From Carcharhinus longimanus (taxonomy: Eukaryota), in contig JASCQW010000001.1 in assembly GCA_030264375.1 (NCBI GenBank), positions 110,058,445 to 110,122,444 on the forward strand: a stretch of DNA of 64,000 nt, read 5' to 3'. The notes under the pieces were generated by a model. The model saw only the letters and a list, made by a program, of their open reading frames with translations, searched no databases and was not told the origin of the DNA. A program made the position numbers and the translations under genes. Shown here one piece after another: positions 37,586 to 50,695 of the stretch; position 1 is the stretch's first letter; every line of letters begins with the position of its first letter.

Positions 37586-38690
37586 TGTAACAAGCCTCAC
37601 CACACCAGATTAAGGTCCACCGGGTTTATTTGATAGCAAGAGCATTCAAAGTGCTGCTGCTTTATCAGGTGAGTGGAGGATTGGGTTCACAAACAGGGCA
37701 TATATAGATACAGACTCAATTTACAAGATAATGGCTGGAATGTGAGTCCTAACTGGTAATCAAGTCGTTACAGGTACAGACAACACGAGTGGAGAGAGGG
37801 TTAAGCACAGGTTAAAGAAGTGTGAATTGTCTCAAGCCAGGACAGTTAGTGAGATTTGTTGTGGAGGTTACAAGTAGTGTGACATGGATCCAAGATCCCA
37901 GTTGAGGCCATCCTCACGTGTGCAGAACTTAGCTATCAATTTCTCTCAGTGATTCTGTGTTGTGTGTCTTGAAGGCCACCTTGGAGAACACTTATTCGAA
38001 GATCAGAGACTGAATGCCCTTGACTGCTGTAGTCTTCCTCGACAGGAAAGGAACATTCCTGCTTGATGATTGTTGAGTGGTGTTCATTCATATGTTGTAT
38101 CTGCATGGTTTCGCCAATGTACCATGCCTCAGGACGTCCTTTCCTGCAGTGTATCAGGCAGACAATGTTGGCCGAGTCGTAAGAGTATGTAACGTGTACC
38201 TAGTGGATGGTGTTCTCACGTGAGATGATGGCATCCATGTCAATGATCCAGTACATCTTGCAGAGGTTGCTGTAGCAAGGTTGTGTGGTGTCGTGGTCAC
38301 TGTTCTTCTAAAGGATGAGTAGTTTGCTGCAAACAATGGTCTGTCTGAGGTTGTGCGGTTGTTTGAAGGCAAGTAATGGCGGTGGCCTTGGCGAGATGTT
38401 GATCTTCATCAGTGACATGTTGAAGGCTCTGAAGAAGATGAAGCAAATAAGAAGGAGCTTCTCTGCTCCAGGAAAGTACTGGACGATGAAGGGTACTCTG
38501 TCTGTTGTATCTTGTATTTGTCTTCTAGGAGGTTGGTGCGGTTTTTCGCTGTGGTGCATCGGAAGTGTTGATTGATAAATCGAGCGCCATATCCTGTTCT
38601 TATAAGGGCATCTTTCAGTGTCTGTAGGTGTCCTTTGCAACCCTTCCCATCTGAGCAGATCTTGTGTATATGGAGGGCTTCAAACTCAAC
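37586..38690 (-). mobile_element. Penelope-like element 3' part (RT thumb/linker, GIY-YIG endonuclease, terminal repeat with decayed hammerhead motif)
   Basis: ALHIHKICSD, HLQTLKDALIRTGY, TDRVPFIVQYFPGAEKL, PPLLAFKQPHNLRQTIVCSKL, and SANIV...EAWYIGETMQ (GIY-YIG); terminal region 37586-37675 matches 11030-11124. Confidence 0.9.
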
Positions 38691-39599
38691 TCTGGGTCTA
38701 ACAGAGCACAACCTGGGAATTGACTAGAATCAGTAACAATAGAGTGTGCAAGCTATGCTGAGGACTGAAAATGATGGCTTTGGACTTGCAACACAATAAC
38801 CTCATATCGGGAGAGGCTGCCATTCACTCATCACTTGATTTTGGGCAAGCAGTCTTATAGCATTGAACTCATACTGCTGTTGAGTGAGATGGAGAAAATG
38901 TAAGGCTAGGTCTCACCAGCACACCTTCTGAAATTGCTCCCATGCCTGTGTAACGCTGTCAGCAAAGGATAGCATATGACTGAGGATGAAAAAGGTCAAG
39001 GACAAAATGTTTGACCCTTCTGCCTTCTTTATCCTTTTTCAAGCAATAGGTTCCCTTTTAGAACTATTTATGGACCAGGGTTTTACAGGGTGACTTGGTC
39101 CCGTTCATTATCCGGAAGGTCAGGGGCAATCTTGCTTTGATCAGTCGCAAGAAACCTGACATGATTTTGTATGTATCAGGCAACTAACTGCCTGAGATTG
39201 GTGCTCCCGTTCCTTCAAAGGATAATGTCTCAACTCCAAGAGCTTCCATTCAATTGAAGGGCTAGCAACTCTTCAGTCTAAATAACCCCATAGCGAGTGG
39301 TAATCACTCCCAGGACTGCAACAAGGTAGGAGCAGCAAATGGAGCAGCACAACCAGTATGAAGGAAAGAATGAGTTTGGGGTCATCAGAGTCTTCAGGTT
39401 GGACTTTGAGAGGTCAGTGGGGATAGTTGGAAGGGGCAGGGGACAATCTTTCCCTGGGAAAACCCTTGCTGTTGTGAGATAATGGCAGGGGCCTTTCATA
39501 TGTCACAGGTTGCCTGATTATGAGGTCCTCCCCAAGACTGCATGGTAGCTGCCAGAAAATACCTAGTCATTGCCCTATGTGGTGGAGTTCCCACCCACT

Positions 39600-40490
39600 G
39601 TTGGTTAAATCCCAGTGGCAACAGGGAAGTGATCTCTACAGCAGCTCACCAACACTCCTTCGACAACAACTTCCAAACCATGACCACTACCCAACAGAAA
39701 AGACAACGGCAGCAGATCGTAGAATCATAGAATCCTACAGTGCAGAAGGAGGTCATTCGGCCAATCGACTCTGCACCGATCACAATCCCACCTATTCCTG
39801 TAATCTCACATGTTTACCCTAGCTAATCCCCCTGATCAATTTAGCATGGCCAATCTACCTAACCTGCACATCTTTGGACTGTGGGACGAAACCAGAGTAC
39901 CCGGAGGAAACCCATGTAGACAAGGGAAGAACAGTGACCCGCGGCCAGAATTGAACCCGGGTCCCAGGCAGCAGTGCTAACCACTGTGGGGCCATCTCCA
40001 TCTGCACGTTCCACTTCAAGTCACTCACTATCCTGACTTGGAACTATGTTGCCATTCGTTCATGGTCGCGAGGTCAAAATCCTGGAATTTCCTTCCTAAC
40101 AGCATTGATGGTGTACCCACACCCCATGGACTGCATTCATAGAATCCCTATAGTGCAGAAGACGACCATTTGGCTCATCAAGCCTGTATTGGCAACAATC
40201 CGACCCAGATCCTATCCCCGTAACTCCACATATTTACCCAACAAATGACAACTTAGCATGGCCAATCTACCTAACTCGCACATCGTTGAACTGTGGGAGG
40301 AAACCCATGCAGACACGGGGAGAATGTGCAAACTCCACAGACAGTTACCCAGGGCTGGAATTGAACTTGGGTCCCTAGCACTGTGAGGCAGCAGTGCTAA
40401 CCATTATGCCATTGTGTCGCCCAATGGTTCAATGGGTCAAGAAAGCAGCTCATCATACCAAGGGCAGTTAGCTATGGGCAGNNNNNNNNN
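39600..40490 (+). mobile_element. LINE 3' end (CR1/L2 group) carrying two HE1-type V-SINE insertions (39720-39990 and 40138-40422, both minus)
   Basis: ctatcctgacttggaactat...gtcaaaatcctggaatttccttcctaacagca (SWNSLP-like) and aagaaagcagctcatc...gggca tail; both SINEs match the family consensus. Confidence 0.7.
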
Positions 40491-41569
40491 NTATCCCTCG
40501 GCTTAAAAAAAATTCAGACTCAGAATGCAGACAGTTTGTTTCATGTCTTATCCTATCTATTGGAAGAATGGAAGAAGACACTAAGAGGAAGAGCATTGTC
40601 ACTGGCATTGCAAGCTCATACAAACAACAAAGTGTACAATTATTCATTAATTAAATCAAATTAAATTGATATTACTCTCTACTGAACATATCTATACACA
40701 TAAGTCTAACACTTCAACACGGTTGGGGGGGTGGGGGGAGGTGTAGGTTTTTCAATTAGCTATTAATCTGGTACCCACCCTTATTGAATGTTCAAGATTC
40801 ATTGTGTGAGCCCACCAAAGTTAGTTTTATACTTGTCCTTCAGGACCTCCACTTTACCCCTGGTAGGTTTTACTGGTCAGTTTTACTGGTCAGGTTTCAC
40901 TGACCAGTCTTGACCACTAGATGATCAAAGTTTTCTTGGGTCCAACTTGATCAAAAGGTCACCAACTGACCTATATTTATGAAGCATTTGTTTCAGTCTT
41001 TCTTTGAAGGGGGATATTGCAAAGATTATGTTAAAAATTACACCCTAATATGTGGCATAAAGCAAATATTTTTCTATGGCTTGGTGTAATAACTTCAGAA
41101 CTGATTTTCTTATAAGGTGCACACAACAGTATAATCTCAAATATCCTAAAGAATATTTTTTCATTTCTATTAATACACGATTCCACACTCAACACTCTTG
41201 CCTATGGGATTGTCACTCTGGCTGAGAGAGATAACATGGAAAACCTTAAACGCAAGAAATAATTAAGGAATATCTTTTAAAGATGCCCTGAAGAGGCTTG
41301 ACTCTTTTCAGAAATCCCTCCTTAGTTCCGAAATGGGAATTTAGTTAGGATGGTTCCAAAGTATATTGATAAATTGTTAGAATACAAGTAATTTCTGGCA
41401 CTGCTATAAATTTAGCACTTGATATCACAAACAGGTTTTATGTACATAACAGCATGAGACAGGAAGAACCCTCCTAACTTTTTATTTAAGTTATGCCAAT
41501 AAACCATGATCATAATTCTGGACCAACGTTACACAGGAAAAAGATCCTTGTCCTCAATGTTTATTTTGT

Positions 41570-42565
41570 ATAGGAATTAGGAGCTGCAGTAGGCAAATTC
41601 AGCCTTTCAAGTCTGCTCCCCCATTCAATCAGCTCATGTCTGGCTGATCTCTCCCTGGTCTCAAATCCACCTCCCCACCTATTCGCCATACCACTTTTTT
41701 TTTTAATTAGAAAAAATATCTATCTCCTTTTTAAAACCATTCAAAGATTCAGATTCCATTGTGCTACAGGGCAGTGAGTGCCACAAATTCACCACTCTCT
41801 GCGAGGAGCAGTTCCTCCTCACCTCAGATTCAAATCTACCTCAACCTATATCTGTGACATCTTGCTCAAGATTGCCCCATAAGAAAAATTTGGGGTGGGC
41901 CTCGCTCGTCCCGGATCATAAAATCCCACCAAAGGTCATGGATCTTTCCATGGTCCACCCGTCACCCACTCTGATTCTAGTGGTGGGCGGGATGGTAAAA
42001 TTCCAGCTTTGGTCTGCATTTACTTATCAATCACTTTAAAATTTTATATACCCCGATCCAATCCCCTCTCCTCCTTCTAAACTCCACAGAGTATAAGCTC
42101 AATCTGTTTAATCTCTCCTCATAGTCTACCCCTTCATCCCTGGAATCAAACTAGGGAACCTCCTCTGAACTTCCTCCAATGCAACCACACCCTTCCTCAA
42201 GTAAGGAGATCAAAACTGGGCACAATACTCCAGATGTGGTCTCACCAACACCTGATACAATTGCAACAACACTTCTCTACTCTTATACCCCAGTCCCTTT
42301 GCAACAAATGCCAATATCCCATTTTTGCCAAAATGGACAACCTCACACTTATCTACATTAAACTCCATCTGCCAAATTTTGGCTCATACACCTAGCCTAT
42401 CTATATCCATCTGTATAAACTTTATATCCTCTTAACTGCCTGTTTTCCCACCTATTTTAATGTCATCTGCAAATTTTGCTATGTCACCCTCTGTTCCTGC
42501 TTGCAGATCATATATGTAGATTATAAACAGTTGAGTTCCGAGGACTGACTTCTGTGGCACCCCGA
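41570..42565 (-). mobile_element. CR1-clade LINE 3' portion with a small GC-rich insertion (about 41890-42010)
   Basis: Reverse strand gives AKFADDIKIGGK (aaatttgcagatgacattaaaataggtggg) and the CR1 tail. Confidence 0.85.
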
Positions 42566-45049
42566 GGTAAAATTGAATATTTTACAGATGGCACTCGGGC
42601 ATAAAGGTTCAAATTCATGGGGTTATTCCCCATCAAGTTTCCACCCAATTTACCATCAGGTTAAAGTACTGGTTCATGGAGTGGGGATAATGGCTTCTGC
42701 TCCCCTTTGTCTTGATAACTGCTTTTAGCCCCAGAATCTCTGCACTCCTCCAATTCTGTCTTCTTGTGCATTCACAATTTTCATTTCTCACCATTGAGCC
42801 ATTTAACTACCCAGGAATTCATTGTATAAATCTCTTCAAGTCACTCTTTTTAATCTAACTCACTGACCCCGTCTTAGGTCTGGACTGTTGCAGATTTGTG
42901 GAACCTACAGGAATCTTTGAAAATGAAAGGCTGGACCCACATCCAGAAGTCCACCCCAATTTCCCACAGATTCTATGGGAGGAGGGGTAAGGTGTGGTGG
43001 TGGCTTGATTCACATGAAGGAGAGCCGAACTTGGCAGGGCCATTTGAACTCAGCGCTGAGTTCAAACAGACTCCATTTTTCCTGGTATCTGGGCCTTATC
43101 CCAGTGTGCATTTATGAATTTTTAGAGAGAAATAAATATGCGTGATGGACAGAAAAGGTCTGTAGAAGTGTCAAGCTGATGAGTCATTTGAAAATTGTAA
43201 AATAAACTGCCTAACTATGTCTGTGAGAATGGAAAAATATCTGTTCTAGTCATTCCAATAGCTGTTTCTTGATATAATGTAAATACTATTGTAGCATTAT
43301 TAATGTTTGACTGCATCCTGCAACTATTTATCATTGTCATTGTGAGGGTTGTAAGTTCATGGTTTGATTGACAGCTTGAAAAGGTTACTGAAGGATCAAC
43401 TGTCTTTGATGCTTGTTTTTAAAATGGATTAAATACTTGAGGGGATTTAAATGTGTTGAGTAGATTTCTATGAACGAGAGTGTAGTTTTTTTATATATAG
43501 CAAAGTTATCAATAGATGTTTCAAACTGTATTTTATTTAATCTCAGATTGGTTTCTGAGACTTGTCCATGGTGAATACTAAGGGAATGTAAGGGCACAGT
43601 GTAGTGGGTGGGGGTTCATGAATTGGCATTAGTTGGNNNNNNNNNNNNNNNNNNNNNNNNNNNNNNNNNNNNNTGGAGGGGGAGGAGGGTGGGGGGAGGT
43701 GGTGTGAAGGGCTCTGAATGATGAGGATTAGAGTATCTAATATTTAATAACATAGCTGGAACAAAAGTCCCAGAGAACCAAGGCAGCACTTGTCAGCTTG
43801 TGGACATGTCTGATCTTCATCCAGCAGTAGCAGGCCTCACTCCATCCCAGCCATGTTCCCATTCCCCCTAGATGGTGCAGCTGGCTGGAAGATCTTCTGG
43901 CTCTGTACACCTGTCTCTGGAGTGAAAATCCAGGTTGTAAAACATCCTCGGTGGTTTGATGTTGAATGTTTTCTGCTCCAATGAGTGACCTTGAGTCATT
44001 TTTCCTAAGATAAAGGAACCACTTAAATGCAAGTTGCTATCATTTAATGTCATACATATGGCTTCAACAATTTGATGGCACATCTTCACTGTATCTTTGG
44101 GCTAATTCAGAAATTCCACACAAGCTCCTGTTTAATAATTAGCCATTTATTTCAGTTCAGAGGAGGTTCTCTCTGTAGTGGACCCACAATATCCTTAAAT
44201 GTGTAAATCAACAAAAGTAATTAATCCCAGAGGGATCAATTAACATCATTCCCAAAAAAAGGCACCACTTTCAATACTGGACACAGGTGTTGTTTAAATT
44301 ACGGACCTGCAAATCCTTGGTTTACAGAAGTATACCAAAGTACATAATGGTGACCTCTGTCCCTGACCTGCTGGGGTCTGGGTAAGTTCACAAAATTTAA
44401 ATACCACTCATCCGCATATCAATTTGTCTTTGGCAGAGAGTGCACAGCCAGCAACGCAGCAATATTGATTTGGCAATGTTTGCGAGTGATGAGCTGGAGA
44501 GATGCATAACAGAGAGTTGAATTAATATCGGCCAGTATATACTAATAGTCAGAATCAAAATGATCCCCTCTACCACCAGCATTCAGGTTGTTTTGGAAGA
44601 ATAGGAATTTTCAGCTGCACCAGGCCTCTGTATCTAGTGGGAACTTGAGCAGATTTTTCGCCTCTGATACACCTCCTGAGCTTAACGTGCATGATGAGAG
44701 AAGAGGATTTGTGGCCTATTGTGGGATTTGCTGCCACAGCCATCTTTTAGATAGACAAAGCTGACAGGAAAAAGGGAGGCCTTGAAAAGTGGTGAGATTT
44801 CAAATCAAATACTGTTACAAAGTAGATATCAGAGACAAGAAAACAAAAGGGTCAATTCCCCATCTGGGTTTTCCTATCAGGGAGTGCTGTGGAATATCGA
44901 GGACCCAATGCTTTATTTTTTATCCATTTGAAACAGGCAATGACGTTTCTCCTCAGGTGCACCATTCCTCATGGAGAATGCTAGTTAGGAATACAAACAA
45001 ACAATTTTTGAAATACTGGAGAACATTTTTTTTCCTTGAGCGTTGCATT

Positions 45050-45810
45050 CCTTAAGAGTCTTGCGATCAATTCTAGTAGCTACATTACAGAAAGGATGTG
45101 GAGGCTTTGGAGAGGATGCAGAAGAGATTTATCAGGATGTTCCCTGGATTAGAAGTTATGAGCTATAAGGAGGCTGGGCAAACTAGGGATGTTTTCTCTG
45201 GACAGTGGAAGCTGAGGAGAGACCTGATAGAAATCTATAAAATTAAGAGCGGCATAGATAGGTTTGACAATCAGAATCTTTTTCCGAGAGTTGAAATGTC
45301 TTATACCGGGAGGCATGCACTTAAAGTAAAAGAGGGAAGTTCAAAGGAATTGTGAGGGGCATGTTCTTTTTTACACAGAGAATGGTAGGTGTCTGGAATG
45401 TGTTGCCAAGGATGGTAGAACATAGAACATANNNNNNNNNNNNNNNNNNNNNNNNNNNNNNNNNNNNNNNNNNNNNNNNNNNNNNNNNNNNNNNNNNNNN
45501 NNNNNNNNNNNNNNNNNNNNNNNNNNNNNNNCTACTGACCCGAGGTTCATGCCTATCCCTTCCCATCACTAAGGTGAACGTAACCGAATTGTGGTCACTA
45601 TCACCAAAGCAGATATGAAAGCAGATATTGGTGAAAGCAGATATGAAAGGGGTGTTTAAGGGGTTTTTACATAAACACATGAATATGCAAGGAGTAGAGG
45701 GATATGGACCAAGGGCAGACAGAAGGGATTAGTTTACTTTGGCTTCATGTTCAGCACAACATTGTGGGTGAAAGGGCCTGTTCCTGTGCTTCATTGTTCT
45801 ATGTTCTAAA
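45050..45810 (+). mobile_element. CR1-clade LINE 3' portion spanning an N gap
   Basis: ALERMQKRFIRMFPGLEVMSYKE...LRRDLIEIYKI; FFTQRMVGVWNVLP; tail tgttctatgttct. Confidence 0.88.
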
Positions 45811-46619
45811 ATATGTACAAACAAGAGATCTGGGCGGCAATTTTCCGATATGGCATATATTAGAATGGGGGCACAGGGGAAATCATCCAAATTCCTGACA
45901 TGTCCTCCCAGTGTGGGAAGCTCGGAGTAGGGAGCATCAATTTGGAAAATGATCAGGGTCATTATAAAACTAACTTATGACACCGAGACACACAAGGAGA
46001 TATTAGGTCAGATGACCAAAAGCTTGGTCAAAGAGGAAAAGGTTTTAAGGGGTGTCTTAGTGGAGTAAACTGAGATGGAAGGGTGGAGGTGCAAGGTGCA
46101 GGGATAGTATTCCAGAGCTTAAGGGCCTTTAAAATTGTTTGTCGCAATTATGGAACAATTATGCAGGGTAACGTAACATTGTTAGAATCTAACAGACATT
46201 ATTTGATTGAAACAGTAATGCATGCACATCAACGTGTAGCAAGAAGAGTCAGGTATTAAATTTTATGTATGTTTCTATGGATGAAGAATGCATAAAGAAT
46301 CACGAGGTAGACTTGATAACTTGAACACTGGGAGCTCTGTATTGAAGGTGAGCACTCATTCACAGCCAGGTCTAAGACTGGCCACCAGAGTCCCACACTG
46401 TGAGGAGCTAATTGCCCACGGGGTCACTTGACCCCTTTTAATGGGGCAGTCCACGCCCCAAATCCCAACATACAATATATCCTATTAATTTTCAATTGGT
46501 CGCACCAAAACTGCAAGACTGAATGTTTCTGCTTATTATCTTGCTACTACCTCAGCCTAGGTTTTTTGAAGAATGAAGTAAAAATACAACTAACATGTCC
46601 AGCAATTTATATTCCCTAT

Positions 46620-46900
46620 TAACTTCAGTGGATTGTAAGTTATGAAGCTACATGCCTTCAATTTCCCAAGCTGCACTGTCAGATTATAGAATTACTGCTG
46701 TATTTTCACCTCCAGGTCTGGGTTCACATCTAGGCTGCACTAATGCATTAACGACTGCATGTCTCCACTCATCATCAGGCAAAAGGATCAGAAGTTTCAT
46801 ACAATAGGGCAGGCGGACTGCAAAACCGCCCCATAGTTTGATACTAATTGATGATTCCCTTCAGGAACGACAGTAAATATGGTATAGAGAAATAACCCAC
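46620..46900 (+). mobile_element. Possible ancient LF-SINE-like element
   Basis: tttcacctccaggtctgggttcacatc and caaaaccgccccatagtttgatactaattg resemble two blocks of the LF-SINE consensus as I recall it. Confidence 0.35.
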
Positions 46901-47684
46901 TAATCCAACGGACGCAGTGTTCTAAAGTTGCAGCTCCTACACCATTGAAAGTATAAAGTGCAAACATCTTTCATATTCCTCACCCTGATGAACAGACTTT
47001 TTTCACATCACTTTTTTCATAGTATGTGGTCTTAACTGACATAAAATTATTGGCAACACTCCAGAAAAAAAAACTAAAGCTAACCACTGTTGGAAATTAA
47101 AAATGGATTTGAAAAAAGAATCTATGTCGGTCTGCTGTGCCACACGTGTACACTTCTATCTGTCAACCTGTCAAGCCCTTTTCTATGCAAGGTTGAATGA
47201 TTTAACTATTAATGACAAACTGTTTTTGCAATTATTTAGCATGCTTTCCTTATTTTGCAGTTTGGCAATTATTGCTTTTAGGCATTTGACAATATTTCAC
47301 TCGATACCAGATATGCTATAAAAGGATATGGCACTTGGCACGCACATTTGCTGCTTCTTCATATGATAGTGCATACAGCTTGGTAACAGTGAATATCCTT
47401 CAAGAATTTGACATAATAGTTCACATAAATGGAATGCTGAAATAGAATGTCTTTTTTCCACTAGAATAATTTTTTTGATAATTACAAGTTATCACGCACA
47501 GATTTAACAACCTTTCTATGCACAGTCCCTTCCCCACAAGATGTTCCATTGGTGCTCATGCATGCAAATTTAAGAAGCAAGATCTTTCATACCATCCACA
47601 GTTCTGACGATAAGCATTTTGTGGAAGACAAATCTTGGCCTTCCCAAACGTTTCCAACTAGAATCTCAAACTGACCGAACTGCA

Positions 47685-48025
47685 CTAGAAATCAGAGAAA
47701 CCCTACAGTGCAGACGGAGGCCATTCAGCCCATTGATCTACACTGACAACAATCCCACCCCATGCCCTAACTCCACAATCCCACACATTTACCCCTCTAA
47801 TCTCTCTAACTACAAATCCTAGGGCACTTAGGGGCAATTTAGCATGACCAATTAACCTAACCCGCACATCTTTGGACTGAGAGAGGAAACCGGAGCACCC
47901 AGAGAAACCCACGCACACGGGGAGAATGTGCAGGCTCCACAAAGACAGTGACCGAAGCCCGGAATTGAACTCAGCTCCCTGGAGCTGTGAGGCAGCAGTG
48001 CTAATCACTTTGCCACCGTGCCGCT
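47685..48025 (-). mobile_element. HE1-type V-SINE
   Basis: Reverse complement of the family consensus, near full length. Confidence 0.9.
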
Positions 48026-48040
48026 CATTACTTACAGACA

Positions 48041-48212
48041 TATAAAACAGAAAATGCTGGATAAAGTCAGCAGGTTTGTGGAGAGAGAAAGAGAGAGGGA
48101 GAGAGAGAAAGAGAGATAGGTAACGTTTCAAGTCCATATAAGCCTCCTAGAAGAGACATACGGACTCGAAAAATTAACTGTGTTTCTCTCTGCAGATGCA
48201 GTATTTGCTTTT
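48041..48212. mobile_element. Fold-back element of the second Penelope-derived family, with an expanded (GA)n tract at about 48080-48118
   Basis: ggtaacgtttcaagtccatat (48119-48139) pairs with catacggactcgaaaaattaac (48157-48178); outer arms tgtggagagagaaa and tttctctctgcagatgc. Confidence 0.7.
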
Positions 48213-48387
48213 AGGAAAATTGTGGCAGCTCAATGATGTGTATCATCTTCTACGGTCACATAGAACATTTTTTTTTAACTGATGATCAGGAAATGTATCA
48301 TTCAGCTTTTGAAACCCCAACAAGACGATCTGGCTCAGTTTAATACTCATTTGTTTATTTGATTTCTCATGTCGAAATAATAAAAGT

Positions 48388-48720
48388 AGGCGACATTGTA
48401 GCACATTGGTTAGCACCGCTGCCTCACAGTATCAGGGACCCGGGTTCAATTCCGATCTCGGAAGACTGTGTAAAGTTTGCATGTTCTCTTCATGTCTGCA
48501 TGGGTTTCCTCCGGGTGCTCCAGTTTCCTCCCAAAGTCCAAAAATGAGCGGGTTAGGTGGATTGGCCAGATGAAATGCCCCTTAGTGCCCAAAGATATGT
48601 AGGTTAGGTGGATTAGCCATGGCAAATGTGTGGGGTTACAGGGGTGGGCCTGGATAAGATGCTCTATCAGAGAGTCGGTGCAGATTTGATGGGTCTTCTG
48701 TACCTTTAGATTCTATGGAT
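48388..48720 (+). mobile_element. HE1-type V-SINE
   Basis: Head ggttagcaccgctgcctcacag...cccgggttcaattcc, V-domain, internal duplication of ggttaggtggatt. Confidence 0.88.
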
Positions 48721-49019
48721 TCCAGTCCAACATACAGCAGTTGAAATGCTTCCTTGATGTCTGTGAAACTTAAGACAACGTTAGAGTAAATATTCTAATC
48801 AGTGCCCATGTATGTGTCATGTTTCAGAAGGAGTGCCAGTAAAATAACAGAACCAGCAAGAACACCGTGAATAAGCACTGAACCAAACTAAAAAGCCAGA
48901 AGAATGCAGGTGTTAGTGTTTCGGGCCAAGTTGCAAAAAAAGCAAATTTAGCCTAAAATAGAAGTTGAAGAATTGATTAATATTGACCCTCATTAGATAT
49001 ACCAGTACAAACATGCGAA

Positions 49020-49960
49020 GGTGCGTTAATTCCAGTCCAAAAGAATCCAAAGAGATGCTGAAACAGTAATTCAGCACCAGGGCAGAAACTTCTCTTCTTC
49101 ATTGAGTGAATGGCCAGGAAGCGAGATGCTGTAAAACATTAAAACCACCATGTTGTCTCCAGGATCTGACTGCCCGAAGAAAGAGATTTAATGACCTGAG
49201 CAGGATTGCGTGGCCCTGTAGATTCATACTTTGCTTCAGCTGTGTCAAACTTTCTCTCTCCCACTTACTGTGACTCTCTACAAGCGATCAGGGAACATTT
49301 AACTTCACCTTCTTTCTTACTATACAGACACCCTATGAAGGTGCTATTGCACATAAAACTCTCTCTCTCCCCCGTGTTCTCACTTGCTGTTTTATTTTTT
49401 GCTACAAAACACACAATGACAGGCTGCCTGAAGTATTTCAAAAGGCCTGGCATGGGGCACACATTAATCCACTTCCGCTCTTCGTGTAGGAGAAATTGCC
49501 CCAGAACAGGAGGGAGCGCATCATCACAGGAAGGGGTGCTGCCAGGCATTGCAAACCATCAAGAGCATTGGAAAAACAACACACTGCCTCAGGGATGGCG
49601 AGACTGGAGGTGTTTTGACATCTTCTCTTCCTTTTCACTTTCTCACTCTCAGCCACACATCCAGCATGACAAGTGTGTGATGCATTATGCCACATGGTAA
49701 TGTTTATCTGCTGGTCACTCCAGTCAGACAAACTGAGGAGACCTGAGCAGACGATGTCTCGCCACTTAATCTGAGCTGTCCAAGCACAACCCCAGAAAAT
49801 GGCACTGCACAATGTCAGACGTAATGAGTTCAAAGGGTCAGCACATGAGGATGACCAGACACAACCAGGCAGGGATTGACAGAGGAGTCGAGGACTCCCC
49901 AGGAAAGAGTTTACCAGAGGACCAACTCATATCATGGCTCTGCTTAAGAGGACAGAAGTA
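49020..49960 (+). mobile_element. Possible PIF/Harbinger remnant (Myb/SANT-like accessory ORF)
   Basis: gttgtctccaggatctgactg...aagagatttaatgacctgagcagg reads VVSRI*L..KRFNDLSR, like the RTWxQCRKRFNDL helix of Harbinger Myb/SANT proteins; extent is a guess. Confidence 0.35.
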
Positions 49961-50189
49961 CAGAAACTACGGGCAAAGAAGAAAATTTATCTGCACAAGC
50001 AATTGATGAATTAATTGGAGTGATTACCAAGAAACTTCTGGTCTCGCTGTGTCAACAGGATTTCCCACTGTAGCCACCCCACACCATCAGGGTGCACCGC
50101 CAGTGGGACCAGACAATCTGCCACTAGCAAACAGCTGGAGTGTTCCAGCCTGGGCCTTGGTATACATTCCAGTGTTCTCAGACACAGTG

Positions 50190-50695
50190 CAGATAAATTG
50201 GGGCTATTTGCCTTGGAGAAGAGACAGTTAAGGGGAGTTTAGATGGAGGTTTCCAAAATCATGAAGGGTCATTGGCAGTAGATTGGGGAACTAGGGGACA
50301 CTGATTAAGGTGGCTGGTTTAAAAAAAGCAGTAGTGACATAAGGAAAGGCGGGACTTTGCAGCCTCACTCAGGCGAAATTGGAAACTCCCGCCTGAGGTC
50401 AACAGAGATTTCTGTTGTCGGACCCTCGCCTGCTCCGATTCTGTGGCGGGCGAGCTGGTCGCGTTCCGGCCAGTATGTAATTAAATTCTGGAAGATAATA
50501 ACTTTGGTGTGCTGGAGTCAGTTTGAATTGAGGACTTCAAAAGAGAAGTGAATAATTTCTGAAGCAAAACATTTGCAGGGCTAGGGGGAAAAGGCAAGGG
50601 AGTGGGACTCGGTGAGTTACACTTCTAGGGAGCTAGCAGGGGCATGATCGGCCAAATGGCCTCCTCCTGCACTGTAACTATTCTATGATTGTATA
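50190..50695 (+). mobile_element. CR1-clade LINE 3' fragment, old, with a GC-rich insertion at about 50346-50470
   Basis: ccttggagaagagacagttaaggggagtttagatggagg (LEKRQLRG) and tail ggccaaatggcctcctcctgcactgtaactattctatgatt. Confidence 0.7.
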
